Part shown: one piece after another, positions 26,801-37,408 of the stretch | How the letters are laid out: the number at the start of each line of letters is the position of its first letter | How positions within the stretch are numbered: the first letter of the stretch is position 1 | Assembly (NCBI GenBank): GCA_030141605.1 | Contig: JAQGDQ010000037.1 | Location: forward strand, 372,001-436,000 | Reading direction: 5' to 3' | Length of the DNA stretch: 64,000 bases | Source: Tubiluchus corallicola | Lineage: Eukaryota; Animalia; Priapulida | The notes under the pieces: model-generated | Database searches by the model: none | Seen by the model: the letters and a program-made list of their open reading frames with translations, nothing else | Told to the model about the DNA's origin: nothing | Position numbers and translations under genes: made by a program

Positions 26801-29800
26801 CCTACAGGCACAGGACATTTGACATGTAGAAGGGGTGTAGATGCCACCTATTGTTTCTGCAAATATATCTTCCGGGTAATTGTTGTCAGTCAAGCAGTCA
26901 GTGCCAGCCTGCGGAAGACGACGTATCGACTGTGGTTTTACATTGACCCGATCTACACTGCCAGGCATTACTGGCTTATAAGGTACTAAAGTGTCAGCAA
27001 TTTTGTGGACAGCTACTTGCACGTGAATATCTTCAACGTTGTAAAAGTTTCCCATGTCTGTATCAAACATGTTCAAGATGTTGTAAGACAGAACCAGATT
27101 GATTCCATTTTCCTCTATGCTTCGAATGGAGATCTCAGCGGGGTTCTTTGCTAATATATTTGACAAATTCACGTAAACAGTAAAAGCATTACCAATTGTC
27201 GGAGTGTAGTACACTCGAGTAATGTTGCACTCTTCATATATTTTACTGAAGTATTGCATGGATGCATTACTAACCTTCACGGGAATGGTCACTGTACATT
27301 CTTGTATCATATCAGTAACATTGGGTGCTAGAGGATTAGTTTCACCGTACAAAAGATATGAATCTATCATGGACTGCACAACTAATTCTGGATCTTTGAG
27401 TTCCTTTAGTTTCCGAATCACCATTTCAAATTCAAAATTGTTTGTCGTTGCTATGGTAATCGCCGGATACTCATTGATTGTGATGGGAATGTTTATTACT
27501 TTCATTTCAGTAGGATGTGAAAAGTACAAACTTAATTTATAGGATGTCTGTACAACAGCAAACAACAGTCCAATACCGAAACTGATTATCCAGAAGAATC
27601 GACGTGCGTTGTGCTTCGCATCTCTGATATTTGACACCCCATGTGTGCAGGACTTGGCTGCCCAAAGGGACACGATTTTAAAAATTGTTTTTCGTGGCAT
27701 GCTTTTGGCTTCCTTTGTTTTTCTTTCAGCGAACGAGTTTGAATTCTCAGTGGATACATTAGCATTCTCACTGGAAATCGAAATCATTTTGTGTCTGTCT
27801 ATCACTGACATTTCGTACGGTTGGATTTTGCATTGATCCATTGCTAAACCTTGCTGTTTTTCTTTATACTACAGTTTCTCACAGCAGTATTAATTCAGCA
27901 TCAGCTTGGCCCTAGAAATAGGTATAACAAAGCATTGCACTGAGCATGCTCAGCAAACTGTTAAATCAATTTACAAAATTTATAGCTCGCTGGTTTTGTT
28001 TTTTAGTAAATAATGAGCAATAAACAATAAAACTACTGAAACTGGTTATTCAGAAGCTTTTAATATTTTTCCAAATTGGATTTCTGGGAATATTATTAAA
28101 GGTTTCCCTTTCTGTCCATTTATTAAAGTTTGTTGCTCTCTAAACCTTTTGAGCAAAAATTCAAATATCGTAATGTCTGGTTTATGATATTCTTATTGCT
28201 TTTCTGAAAGGAAATAAAATTAGTTGCTTTGACTTATATTATATTACTGTTTTACGTGTGTTATTCATGCATTTGATTCGATTGTACCCGGGTCTAAAAA
28301 GATACTTAGTTTTCACTGTTGGATTGCAAGTTCCAAAGACAGGTTTACATTACAGTAACGATAAACATGAGTTGTATAACTTTCTCATTTGAAAAGAGAC
28401 TAAATTCTAGGCTGCAACTTTTGATCTTAATTTTGCATCTGTGAATTGGTCATAAATTAATTATATTATGAGGCAGATGAGTGTAATTGTTATGTTTTCA
28501 GTTATTACAGTTAACAGGGTTCATCGGTTTTCATGTGTTCTCTTTCTTTAAAACATGTCATCTTCCAAAATTTTGACTTCAAAAAGAGTTTTGCTACATT
28601 CGTTTTTAATGATTTGTATTTTTGTAGGAAAACGAGTTGAGAAGATCAAGGCTGTTTTAAGCAAGGCTGTTGCAGTGGCTACTTTCAAGCAGCCATCAGT
28701 TTTGCTGCTGGAGGATCTGGATGCTATTGTAATGGCACCTACTGGGCCAGAAGATGATCATTCTCCTGATGCTTTATATTCTACCAAGGTTGCAGAAGGT
28801 AGAAGTAATTTATTCACATGTTTTGCCCCAAACAAGCTACTTGGTACTGTGAGCGAGATGCTGCTTTTGAGCTTATTGAAAATGAGTTTTTTTCTATAAA
28901 CATATTTTTATTTATTATTTTTCACATATAATGTGGCCTTTGGTCAACAACGAAGCTGATGTAAAGATCTCAAGCAAGATATACTTATATATAAAAAATT
29001 ACAAGATTCTGCTAGAAACAAGGCATAACAAAATGTGACTGCGTGATCTAAGAAAAAGACAAGTCTGTTTCCTTACTTAAATCTAGCAATATTGTTCCTA
29101 TGATGCTGTAGACAATCAACTTAGTGCTGCCTGAAATCAGAGCCTGTACGTGCTGTACAAGCGATTCATTACGTTACGTTATAAGTTAATCAGATCACCT
29201 CTTATGGCCATGTACTTCAAAATATGGCAAAAATTATATGTCTAATTTTTTTTATTCTTGAAAAATTGTTTTCCAAAAGAATTAATGATTTTGTGTTATT
29301 TGCAGTGATAAAGGATCTGATAGATGTCTCAGTGGATGATTGGGCAAAGTTGATACTAATGGCTACTGCTCATAGGAGAAATGCTGTACATTCTAGTCTT
29401 GTTTCTTCCAGAGGACACCATTTGTTTCTCAAATTCATTTCCATCGAACCTCCTGATCAGGTACCTAAGACTTTCACGTAATACTTTATCTGTGCAACTA
29501 AGCTAAGGCTGTAGAGAGAAATTTTGATGTATAAGTTCACTATGTTTTTGTATTAATTTTTGGTATAAACTGATGAGTGAAGTTGTAGATGTAGAAGTTT
29601 GTTTGAAGATGTAAGGTATGTACAGACTGTCTGAGTATGGTAAGATTTTATAGAAATAAAATTGCTCTTGAAGATGGTTCTGTTTATAATAAAAATAATT
29701 ACTTGTTATGTCCAATTATCATTTATTTCTCCACATAATATAATGTTGTAAAAAATAAAACAACTAATGGCTTCACTGACAGAAACTTATATGAGTCCTG

Positions 29801-32800
29801 ATTGTGGAGTTTACTGATTAAACTCATATAAGTTAAAGGCAAGTGGGATAGTTTTTCATATCCTACCCCAGGTAAAAGGTAAAGGTTGAAGTATGGTAAA
29901 AATATACATTTAACACCAATAATACTGCAAAAACATTTCTGACAATTAAGTAATACATTAAAAATGTAATTAACTGCAAGTGAACCCAACTAATGATGAC
30001 ATCATAACTGAACATAATTTTCAACAGCAAAAAACATTCCATGAGCATGTTGCACTGTAAGAGATTCAGTGTGTTGTACTAATACTTGGCAAATTTAAAA
30101 TAAAAATTCAAATGCAATTTACCGCTGTGCTCTCACGAGCCCTCGAGTGTGTGCACTACATCACAAATGAGCACCTCAGAACTGAGAGATACAACACCTG
30201 TTTTTTTTGCAACGCATTTTGAAATGTGGGTGCTAGTGCCGTGTAACTAATGAATGGCAAAATGCATGTAACAGCGAAGAGCTAGCCACGTGAACGCGAA
30301 ATTGCGTTTGTGTGGTATAATTTTTTCATGCAAGTCATTCTTGAAAAAATGGTATGTTCCATTTCCATGTTTTAAGGAGTAGATTATTTTGACCTGCAGT
30401 TTAAGATTGGGTCAAATTTTCCTTTAAGATCCAGGAACTATCTTTTTACAGTATTTGCATTTTCTCTTAGAACTGCGGATCAGCTACCGTTAATAATTTT
30501 GATCACAACTGCCATTGATTATGTTTCTCTTTGTAGGACATTATATTACGTGACAAATAAATGAACTTAGCTATCAGCAATAATTACTTTTAACATTAAA
30601 AGGCTGATAAAAGCAGTATAGTATAACATACCAGTATTGTTTTAAATTTAGATTATAATAGCACAATTATAAATATTAGGTTGTAATATTAGTGATTGTA
30701 TTAGTAAAAACTAGTATTTTTTGGTAAATTAATAATGAAGCACTTATATATCAGTTGCAAATAAATTAGGTTAATTCACTGCCTTTTTTGCCTAAAAATG
30801 GCTGTTTAATTAATGTTTAATAAAGCTGGAATTTTACATCTTTTTCTGCATTTCCAAAAATTGGTAAAGAGCAGTACAATTTTATGTTTTTTCGATTAAA
30901 TTGAACAAAAATTACCTTTCAGTTTACAGAATGTTTCTGCCAATAGTTCTGCTGCAATTTTTCAACAATTTTTACTTACTGACAGGTGCAAAGAAGTGAC
31001 TTACTAAAAGCAGTCATATCTTCTGTACCATGTCTTCACCATCAGATGATGGAAAATCTAAACTTGGTCGAGATTTCACAGCAGACTGAAGGCTGCAATG
31101 CAAGAGACCTTCAGAAGCTTGTACATCGTGCCGTCCATGCCGCTCACCGTAGGAATGCTGGCACAGTTGAGACAGGTAAACATTATTTCACTCTTTGTAT
31201 TATTATGTATGATGATAAAAATGGTTGTCTTGAAACTTGTGGTTGTAAATCTGTGATTTATGTTTGGTCTAATGCAATAGTTTTATTAGTATGCAATAAA
31301 ATGTTACACAGAGTATTGTAATAATGTTTATTAAACTGACACAATTTGTTGTTTATAAATTTAAAAACCAAATTAAAAATTAAACAGTTAATTGCTTTAT
31401 TAACAATTACAGTAATTATGCTTACCGTAAGTTTATATGTAATTATTTTTTACGCATGATAAATTTATCAGAATAAATTTTTACATGTAGTAAGTAATAC
31501 GTATTAATCTTCATCTTCCTTAGTACTAAAATTATTTATGTTATTTTTCGCGTTTTAGCACCATTAAATCAACTTATAATTTTTATGAAAAATTATTTCT
31601 CTTTTAACTTATTTCCTATTTTTCATGTTCTTTTCATTCAGTGTTTTATAATTAGTGTTAATTTTTTATAAAGAAAAAAATAAGCATTTTTCTAATTTAC
31701 ATGATAACTTCAAGAAAACCAGAAACTTCTACTGAGGCATGAAGATTTTACTACAGCCCAGGAGGGTTTTATGCCCCTTTCATTAAGAGGAGTAAGTCTA
31801 CATCAGACAGGTGAACTTACCTGGAAGGATGTGGGAGGTCTATGTGATGTGAAGAAAGCATTAGTGGAGACTCTTATTTGGCCATCAAAGGTATGATGTT
31901 CTGATTAGAAGGTGTTAAAATTAGAATATTATAAGTTGCAGAATTTTGAAGAAACAGCACCCAGCATAACTTGATGTAACTGTCACAAAATTTGAAAATT
32001 AATTTTACTTCGGCAAATAAACTCTTGTAATGCATATAGAACAAATGAGGTGTTTTTGTCACTGCTTTGGAGTTCAGTTTTTAGCAGTCAATAAGGTACT
32101 TGAAGTTCTTGCTTTGAAATTTTAAGGTTTTGTTATTAAAAATTGCATGAGTAAATTTTCACCTTATTTTCATTTCTCTACGTACTATATTGTCGAGGTT
32201 AAACCATTTTGGAATGTAAAACTTAAACCATAAGCTTATGAGAATGTAGAATCAAATGTGGCCTTGCATCGCAATCAGAGTCTGTGATTCTCTATGCCAC
32301 ACTTTCAAGGATGCAACTTGCACCCGTGGACTCGGGGGGGATACTGCATTCTCGACCATGATCATCTTTGGATTTCATCTTATTTTATTTTTTTTGGTTT
32401 GTGTTATTAAGTTTTTAAGTCTGTTGTGATTAAGTGAGTTATGGTTGAATTCCATCAGCCTGATTTGCATTTCATTTCAATGTGTAAGTATTAGCTATAA
32501 ATGCTTATTAAGTGTTTTACTTTATTTTATTTTTTTGTTGATCGAGAATCATGAACTATGGGCATCATAGATGGCAGCACAATATAATACTTCCTTACAA
32601 TCTTGTTTGTTTTAGTATCCGGAGCTGTTTGTCCAATGTCCACTGAGACTGAGGCAGGGAATTCTCCTATATGGTCCTCCAGGATGCGGGAAAACTTTGC
32701 TTGCGGGAGTTGTTGCTAAGGAATGTGGGCTGCATTTTATTAGTATTAAGGTATCTATCATTTTATAAAAACCGTGACGTATTTTTAATGTGTTGTTAAT

Positions 32801-35800
32801 TATGTTAAGGCTTTTGTTTTGTTAATTATTAATCTGTGACTGGCTGACTGGTTACTAATTAGTAGATTTTAATGCCATTATCTCATGGAAAAATTCTAAT
32901 TATCATTCTGACAAAGAAAAAATGTCTGAGAGTCTCCACTACATCAACTGAACTCAGGTTTTCCAATTGTCAACCTAACAATTTAGTGATTCTTAACAGA
33001 GAATGTAGTAGCTGCCAAGGGCTGCTTTATAAGGTGAAATTAACTAGAAAGTTGAAAATTTTGTGTCATCAACAATATTTGAAGCAAAGTCTTGTAAATT
33101 CCAGGCAGTAATCCTAATTACTACACCATAGTAATAAATCTGGCTTACATTAAGATGCCAGAGTTCAGTTCAGTGTTTAGTAATTAAAAAAACTGATAAA
33201 ATTTGTTTTTAAGTCCATTCATGAGTTTTAAGTTTGTTTTACAAAATGTTTTCTTAGGGACCAGAGTTGTTGAGCAAGTACATTGGTGCAAGTGAGCAGG
33301 CTGTACGTGATGTGTTTAAAAGGTATTTAAATAACAAGCAGTAATCTTCCATTTATCGCTATTTTCCATTTTTTTGAATCTCATTTTATCTCTGTTTACT
33401 CATCGATGTCTGTATCAGTTATTTAAAACTAAATACAGGCATCTTTATTTTTTATATTTCAATATTTTAGTTTTGATCTTCATGAAACTGTGGAAGCTAC
33501 TCACTTGCTTTTGATCATCGATCCTGCTGCATCATTTGCACCAATTTTTTTATCATTGTCGTCATTTTCATCATCATTGTCATCACCACCATTGCCATCA
33601 ACGTTAATATCACCATCACTATCATCATCATCATAATCAACATCGTCATTATCGTCACCTCGCCTTCATTTGATTTAGTGGCTTCGTTTATCAGGAACTG
33701 TTACTTGTTTATGTTATAATTAAGGCCTCTCCATGTTGAGCATAGCTTATAACTTCATTTCTTATGCTACACTCAGCACTACAATGCATCATTTATTATT
33801 TATTCATACTTAAAAAAGTACACTAACACAACACAGACAAAGAGTACATTAGTAATATTAAAATGTAAATTTGGTAATTATAGTATTTTGTATATTGTAG
33901 CATTTGTGTGTCTAAATGGATAAATAAATAAATCTAATATAAAGGTAATCTAAATTAAAGCATTAATTGCTTACGTATTATTGTAGAGCCGAGTGTGCCA
34001 AGCCTTGTGTAGTATTCTTCGATGAATTTGATGCCATTGCTCCCAGACGAGGGCATGATAGCACAGGTGTTACTGATAGAGTAGTAAATCAGTTACTAAC
34101 ACAGCTAGATGGAGTAGAAGGGCTTCAAGGTATCATACTCATTGTTAAATGTCGTAATGACTTTGAACATTTTATAAAACATACAAAAATTGAATAACCT
34201 AAGCTTCATATGGGTAACTTAATGTCAGTTATGATTCCAAGTACTATCAGAATTAAATTAGGAGGAGGGCTGACAAAATATCAACTTGTTGTTTTCATTC
34301 TATGTGCATGTATTCGCCATTTATGTCATGTTTCATTAGTGATTTTTCAGATCATTCAGAATAGCTGTGCTAAATAGTTGGTGTTTAACTATTGTTGGTT
34401 TATTTATTTCATTTTATGTACCTTGGACCAGCCTTAATCAGGTGTTTTTAATCAGGTGTATATGTTCTTGGTGCTACTAGTCGACCAGACTTGATCGATC
34501 CAGCATTTCTGCGACCGGGTCGTCTGGACAAATGTTTAAAATGCCCAATGCCATCACAGGTGACGTTATTTGTTTGTATATTGAAAATCAGAATTCAAAT
34601 CTTGGATTTCTATAGAACCTTCTTGGAAATGTAAGAGTTAGTTAGGCACAATTATTTCTTGCATTTAGATAAAAATAATTACTTTCTTTTGTTGAATTTG
34701 TTCTATATGTCTTGGCTACTTGCTGAAGCAAGTAGATTTTGTACCACTGCAACTGTAACAGCTACAAGAAAAAGGTACCTAAAATAACTATGAATTTGTG
34801 ACGAGACTGTGTATATCTGCCACTTGCAATTCTTATGAAATAAAATTATATTAATAGTTGAATTTTTATAGCTATATGTTATGTGTCAGACTACCCTGTA
34901 TAGTTATTAAACTCGCTTGTTTAGCAGAAATTAGTCGTTTGTCATATTTTTTGCAAGTCTGTGTAAAATAACTTGTAATGTGGTGCCTTTGTTAGTTAAA
35001 TACCTGTTGTGTTCATCGATTCAATTTGTTACATCAGCGATTTTTTTTATGAGCAGTGAGGAGGTGAAAGCAAGTCTTACTGGTATTTGCAGCTATTTAT
35101 GACTATTAAGTCACACCACTGCTAAGAAATTGGACAATCTCTGCAATTCTTGTAATCATACCAAATCGAAAATATTCCTTACAACATTGTAAAACAAAAC
35201 TTGCACATTTTACTGTGCAAAACTTTGACAATTAATAAAGTTGGCCCATATTTTCCACTTTTTTGATACTTTATTAACGTTTTTATTGTCTTATACAGTT
35301 GTTCATGAACGTTTCTCATTAGATGCAAAGAGAAAATTAAATTCTTTCTCCAAGTAAGTTTTACAGCCCAAGATTAAACTTTTTTTGTTTTTTTAAAGGA
35401 AGAATTAATAGACATATTGGAAGCATTATCTATAAATTTTAATCTTGCTGACGATGTCGATTTGGCGCTGATTGCTCAAGCGTGCAGAAATTTTTCTGGT
35501 GCTGATTTGAAAGCATTGCTGTACAATGCTCAACTAGAGGCAATACACAGTGCATCCTGGCGGTCAAAAAATACACCAGGTATTTATTTTTACCATTTTC
35601 CCAGTATTTTCTCAAGCAGCCAATAATATCTAGAAACAAAAAGTGCACTGTTGTTCTTTTGTTGTTAAATAATTAATTAGTCAATAGTGTTGTGAGTTTT
35701 AAATTTAATGTTTTCCTATTTTTGCTTGAAAAAATTGTATGATTTTTAGCTTTTAAATATTTCGTATTACTTATATGTACTTAGCTTGTTGTTGCTCTTT

Positions 35801-37408
35801 TATTTTTGTAGTGCAGGTATTTTCTTATGTTGTGCAGTGATGATTTAAATGAGCTATCTAAAATGTAAATATGTGCAATAGATTTTGGTTTTGCAACCAT
35901 TGAAACAGTTATTAGTATATGATTCTCATAATATCTCGTATCTCATAACTCTCATATCTAGTGGAATACACAGCACCTGATTCAACTTCTCCTACTGTCT
36001 TGACTGGCAGTACTTTAGAAGATTTTGTGGACATAAGCACTTCACATGAATATTCGTCAAATGCCTTACAGGTAATAATAACAGCTTAATTTTCTCCGGC
36101 AAATGATTGTGATTGGTTTGAAGAGTTTTTATTGGCTTCAGTGTTGAAATTGACAACTGTCAAATGCCAAAAGTATTTGACCACCAAACTGTTAGAGTTC
36201 AGAGTTAATCAGTTTTTTTAAAGACTGTAGCTTATACCTTTATAGCATGAGTTGAGGTGTTGAGGGGAGTGTTGTGTGGCCATACTTTACAGTTGTCAAA
36301 GTTAAGCAGCTCCAGGTATGGCCAGCAAATAAACGTCTTACTCATGAGAAAATTGCTTTGGCCGATTTCGTGTACCACACTTAAGTTATTTTTTTGACTG
36401 GGGAAGCATTTATACACGTCATACATCACTAAGTTACTTTGAACTGTAGATTCAGCATTTTATCTTAAATGATTATTCTTCATAATAAGATTGGTTCCTA
36501 CCACAACCATCAGAAGTGTTCAGTTTGGCTGCAGTGAGCCAAACTGAATAATAATAAACAAGAAATCTAGTATCCTCATATTTGTAGATGTAGCTTATTC
36601 ATGGTTTTTCCATTCTGTGCTGTATATGACATTTATAGGCTGAAGATGTGGAAAATCTGGAGAATATGACCGTAGATCCTGTGCTTCATGATGTTAAACA
36701 CTTGCAAACAAAAGTCATTCAGGTTAATCAGTCAAACCTTTTGCAAGCCGTTGCAACAACGAAACCTTCCGTATCGGAGAAAGAAATGTTAAAATACGAA
36801 ATGATGTGAGTTTGTTTAAATAAAGTTAAAATCATTATATCACATTTTTCACTGTTACTCTGTTTTTGCTGTTTAAAATGTAAAGTAAAAAAATATTCAC
36901 ATTCCATCATGTGATTCATATCATCCAGTAAAGAGCAGGTAATGGGCCAACATTACTATTGCCTGTCATGCACTTCACAAAACTTTACTAAGTTATTTGG
37001 CTGTGTGCACTATAGACTCGCTTTTTCACTTGCAGTAAATGTTGCTAATTTTTGCTTCAACTGAGTGGGTCTGGTTTTTCAATTAGTGTGCCTGATTGAC
37101 ATTATTAAAAATCTGAATGTCTTTGAATTGATACATTTACACTTATTATAAAAGTTTAAAGTGAAATTTTTTTAGATTTCAGCAAAAACTCGTTGGATTT
37201 TCTCTGAAACTGTTTTTAGTTATCAAACTTCATTATGAACTTACTTTCCTGCCTGGCATTTCATTTGCGAATTGATATTGAAAAAGCTGAAAAATTACAT
37301 TTTAATAAATTTATTCTGTTTTGCAGTTATGAAGCTTTCTTGACATCAAGGAGTAGCAATTTTGGCAAACTTTCGTCTTTCGGGAACAAGCGGATAACCC
37401 TGGCCTAG
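14741..37408 (+). CDS. PEX1: Peroxisome biogenesis factor 1 (AAA+ ATPase), 21 coding exons, 3696 nt / 1231 aa
   Basis: All introns GT-AG and phase-consistent. N-domain [22 protein letters not shown]; D1 Walker A GVSGSGKT and Walker B VLLLEDLD; D2 Walker [83 protein letters not shown]; C-terminus KRITLA*. Confidence 0.95.
15350..16900 (-). mobile_element. Degenerate LINE remnant (ORF1-like coiled coil plus ORF2 scraps), antisense in PEX1 intron 1
   Basis: [36 protein letters not shown] resembles the CR1/L2-group ORF1 coiled coil ending in L.QYS. Further 3', FIGKNLT resembles the IG..LA motif upstream of RT. Heavily decayed; ends approximate. Confidence 0.55.
17655..17801 (+). CDS. PEX1: PEX1 exon 2
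   Basis: VQVLEIAYG...AYFSWNG...[18 protein letters not shown]; ttag acceptor, GT donor. Confidence 0.85.
18320..18403 (+). CDS. PEX1: PEX1 exon 3
   Basis: [28 protein letters not shown]. Confidence 0.9.
19210..19324 (+). CDS. PEX1: PEX1 exon 4
   Basis: [28 protein letters not shown]...; ends phase 1. Confidence 0.9.
20120..21093 (+). CDS. PEX1: PEX1 exon 5 (large N-domain exon)
   Basis: Open for 974 nt; [13 protein letters not shown] ... [13 protein letters not shown]; ttgcag acceptor, GTAAGT donor. Confidence 0.85.
21365..21500 (+). CDS. PEX1: PEX1 exon 6
   Basis: [21 protein letters not shown]...CPVVLNSS; phase-consistent. Confidence 0.75.
22294..22418 (+). CDS. PEX1: PEX1 exon 7
   Basis: FSGEFLLIV...[13 protein letters not shown]; phase 1 to 0. 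Confidence 0.75.
22547..22665 (+). CDS. PEX1: PEX1 exon 8
   Basis: [11 protein letters not shown]...[12 protein letters not shown]; supplies the phase 0 to 2 shift needed to join exon 9. Confidence 0.75.
23673..23887 (+). CDS. PEX1: PEX1 exon 9 (D1 Walker A)
   Basis: [21 protein letters not shown]...VECRPLRG. Confidence 0.9.
24039..24238. repeat. Inverted repeat with ~41-bp arms plus a third copy of the arm
   Basis: AGTTGATACAGACATAAGTTAAACTGCAAACTTATTTTTAT (24039) pairs with 24117-24157; another copy of the right arm at ~24197-24238. Confidence 0.8.
25091..25408. repeat. 29-bp minisatellite, ~11 copies
   Basis: Unit TATGACCAGAACCCAACATCAGGT(C/T)(G/T)TGG, head to tail without spacers. Confidence 0.93.
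26135..27841 (-). CDS. DEG/ENaC (amiloride-sensitive sodium channel/ASIC family) subunit, 568 aa, single coding exon, nested antisense in PEX1 intron 9
   Basis: Pre-TM1 HG motif (SCTHGV), TM1 [25 protein letters not shown] strand, Cys-rich thumb ([10 protein letters not shown]...CNC...C...CKISCE), TM2 [27 protein letters not shown] with GxS filter. Confidence 0.93.
   Translation of the reverse strand: MDQCKIQPYEMSVIDRHKMISISSENANVSTENSNSFAERKTKEAKSMPRKTIFKIVSLWAAKSCTHGVSNIRDAKHNARRFFWIISFGIGLLFAVVQTSYKLSLYFSHPTEMKVINIPITINEYPAITIATTNNFEFEMVIRKLKELKDPELVVQSMIDSYLLYGETNPLAPNVTDMIQECTVTIPVKVSNASMQYFSKIYEECNITRVYYTPTIGNAFTVYVNLSNILAKNPAEISIRSIEENGINLVLSYNILNMFDTDMGNFYNVEDIHVQVAVHKIADTLVPYKPVMPGSVDRVNVKPQSIRRLPQAGTDCLTDNNYPEDIFAETIGGIYTPSTCQMSCACRYNTKICNCIPSVCPDMSDRDVPHCKLYNNSDNYACFACTNHGEELENCQKYCKISCESAMFTDTWERVQPGYKIKPLEVKAAILAGYIANQIEQNRSELHDNYELLKQVYQQYYKRNVLPDLPVNDSIFNHNAYKKYKELQDMHIAGHMEITLSVGFKEFTETDLEEVYSYTLTDLAADMGGLLGLYLGLSVLAVFEFLELLLDITLLFIRILIPKWKNSK
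28628..28798 (+). CDS. PEX1: PEX1 exon 10 (D1 Walker B)
   Basis: KRVEKIK...[14 protein letters not shown]. Confidence 0.9.
29306..29460 (+). CDS. PEX1: PEX1 exon 11
   Basis: LMATA...[14 protein letters not shown]...IEPPDQ. Confidence 0.9.
30986..31175 (+). CDS. PEX1: PEX1 exon 12
   Basis: QRSDLL...[18 protein letters not shown]. Confidence 0.9.
31715..31890 (+). CDS. PEX1: PEX1 exon 13
   Basis: [21 protein letters not shown]...[21 protein letters not shown]; the acceptor is a weaker AAG. Confidence 0.85.
32616..32750 (+). CDS. PEX1: PEX1 exon 14 (D2 Walker A)
   Basis: [45 protein letters not shown]. Confidence 0.93.
33258..33322 (+). CDS. PEX1: PEX1 exon 15
   Basis: [21 protein letters not shown]. 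Confidence 0.93.
33555..33660. repeat. Degenerate (ATC)n microsatellite
   Basis: CATCATCAT/CACCAT runs in PEX1 intron 15. Confidence 0.75.
33987..34129 (+). CDS. PEX1: PEX1 exon 16 (D2 Walker B)
   Basis: [44 protein letters not shown]. Confidence 0.93.
34456..34559 (+). CDS. PEX1: PEX1 exon 17 (SRH/arginine finger)
   Basis: [34 protein letters not shown]. Confidence 0.93.
35399..35579 (+). CDS. PEX1: PEX1 exon 18
   Basis: DILEALS...[11 protein letters not shown]...[19 protein letters not shown]. Confidence 0.9.
35962..36071 (+). CDS. PEX1: PEX1 exon 19 (poorly conserved linker)
   Basis: [12 protein letters not shown]...SSNALQ; supported by splice sites and phase only. Confidence 0.6.
36639..36805 (+). 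CDS. PEX1: PEX1 exon 20
   Basis: [27 protein letters not shown]; GTGAGT donor. Confidence 0.8.
37327..37408 (+). CDS. PEX1: PEX1 exon 21 (terminal)
   Basis: YEAFLTSR...GNKRITLA*; matches the typical PEX1 TLA end. Confidence 0.88.

Noticed and set aside
26732-27836. Plus-strand ORFs of 75-106 aa
   Set aside because: Antisense shadows of the DEG/ENaC CDS.
27912-27984. TATA/Inr promoter or 5' UTR acceptor for the nested channel
   Set aside because: A minus-strand TATAAA (27984-27979) and an acceptor-like TATTTCTAG (27912) both exist, but the spacing to the Inr-like site is too long and such motifs are frequent in AT-rich DNA.
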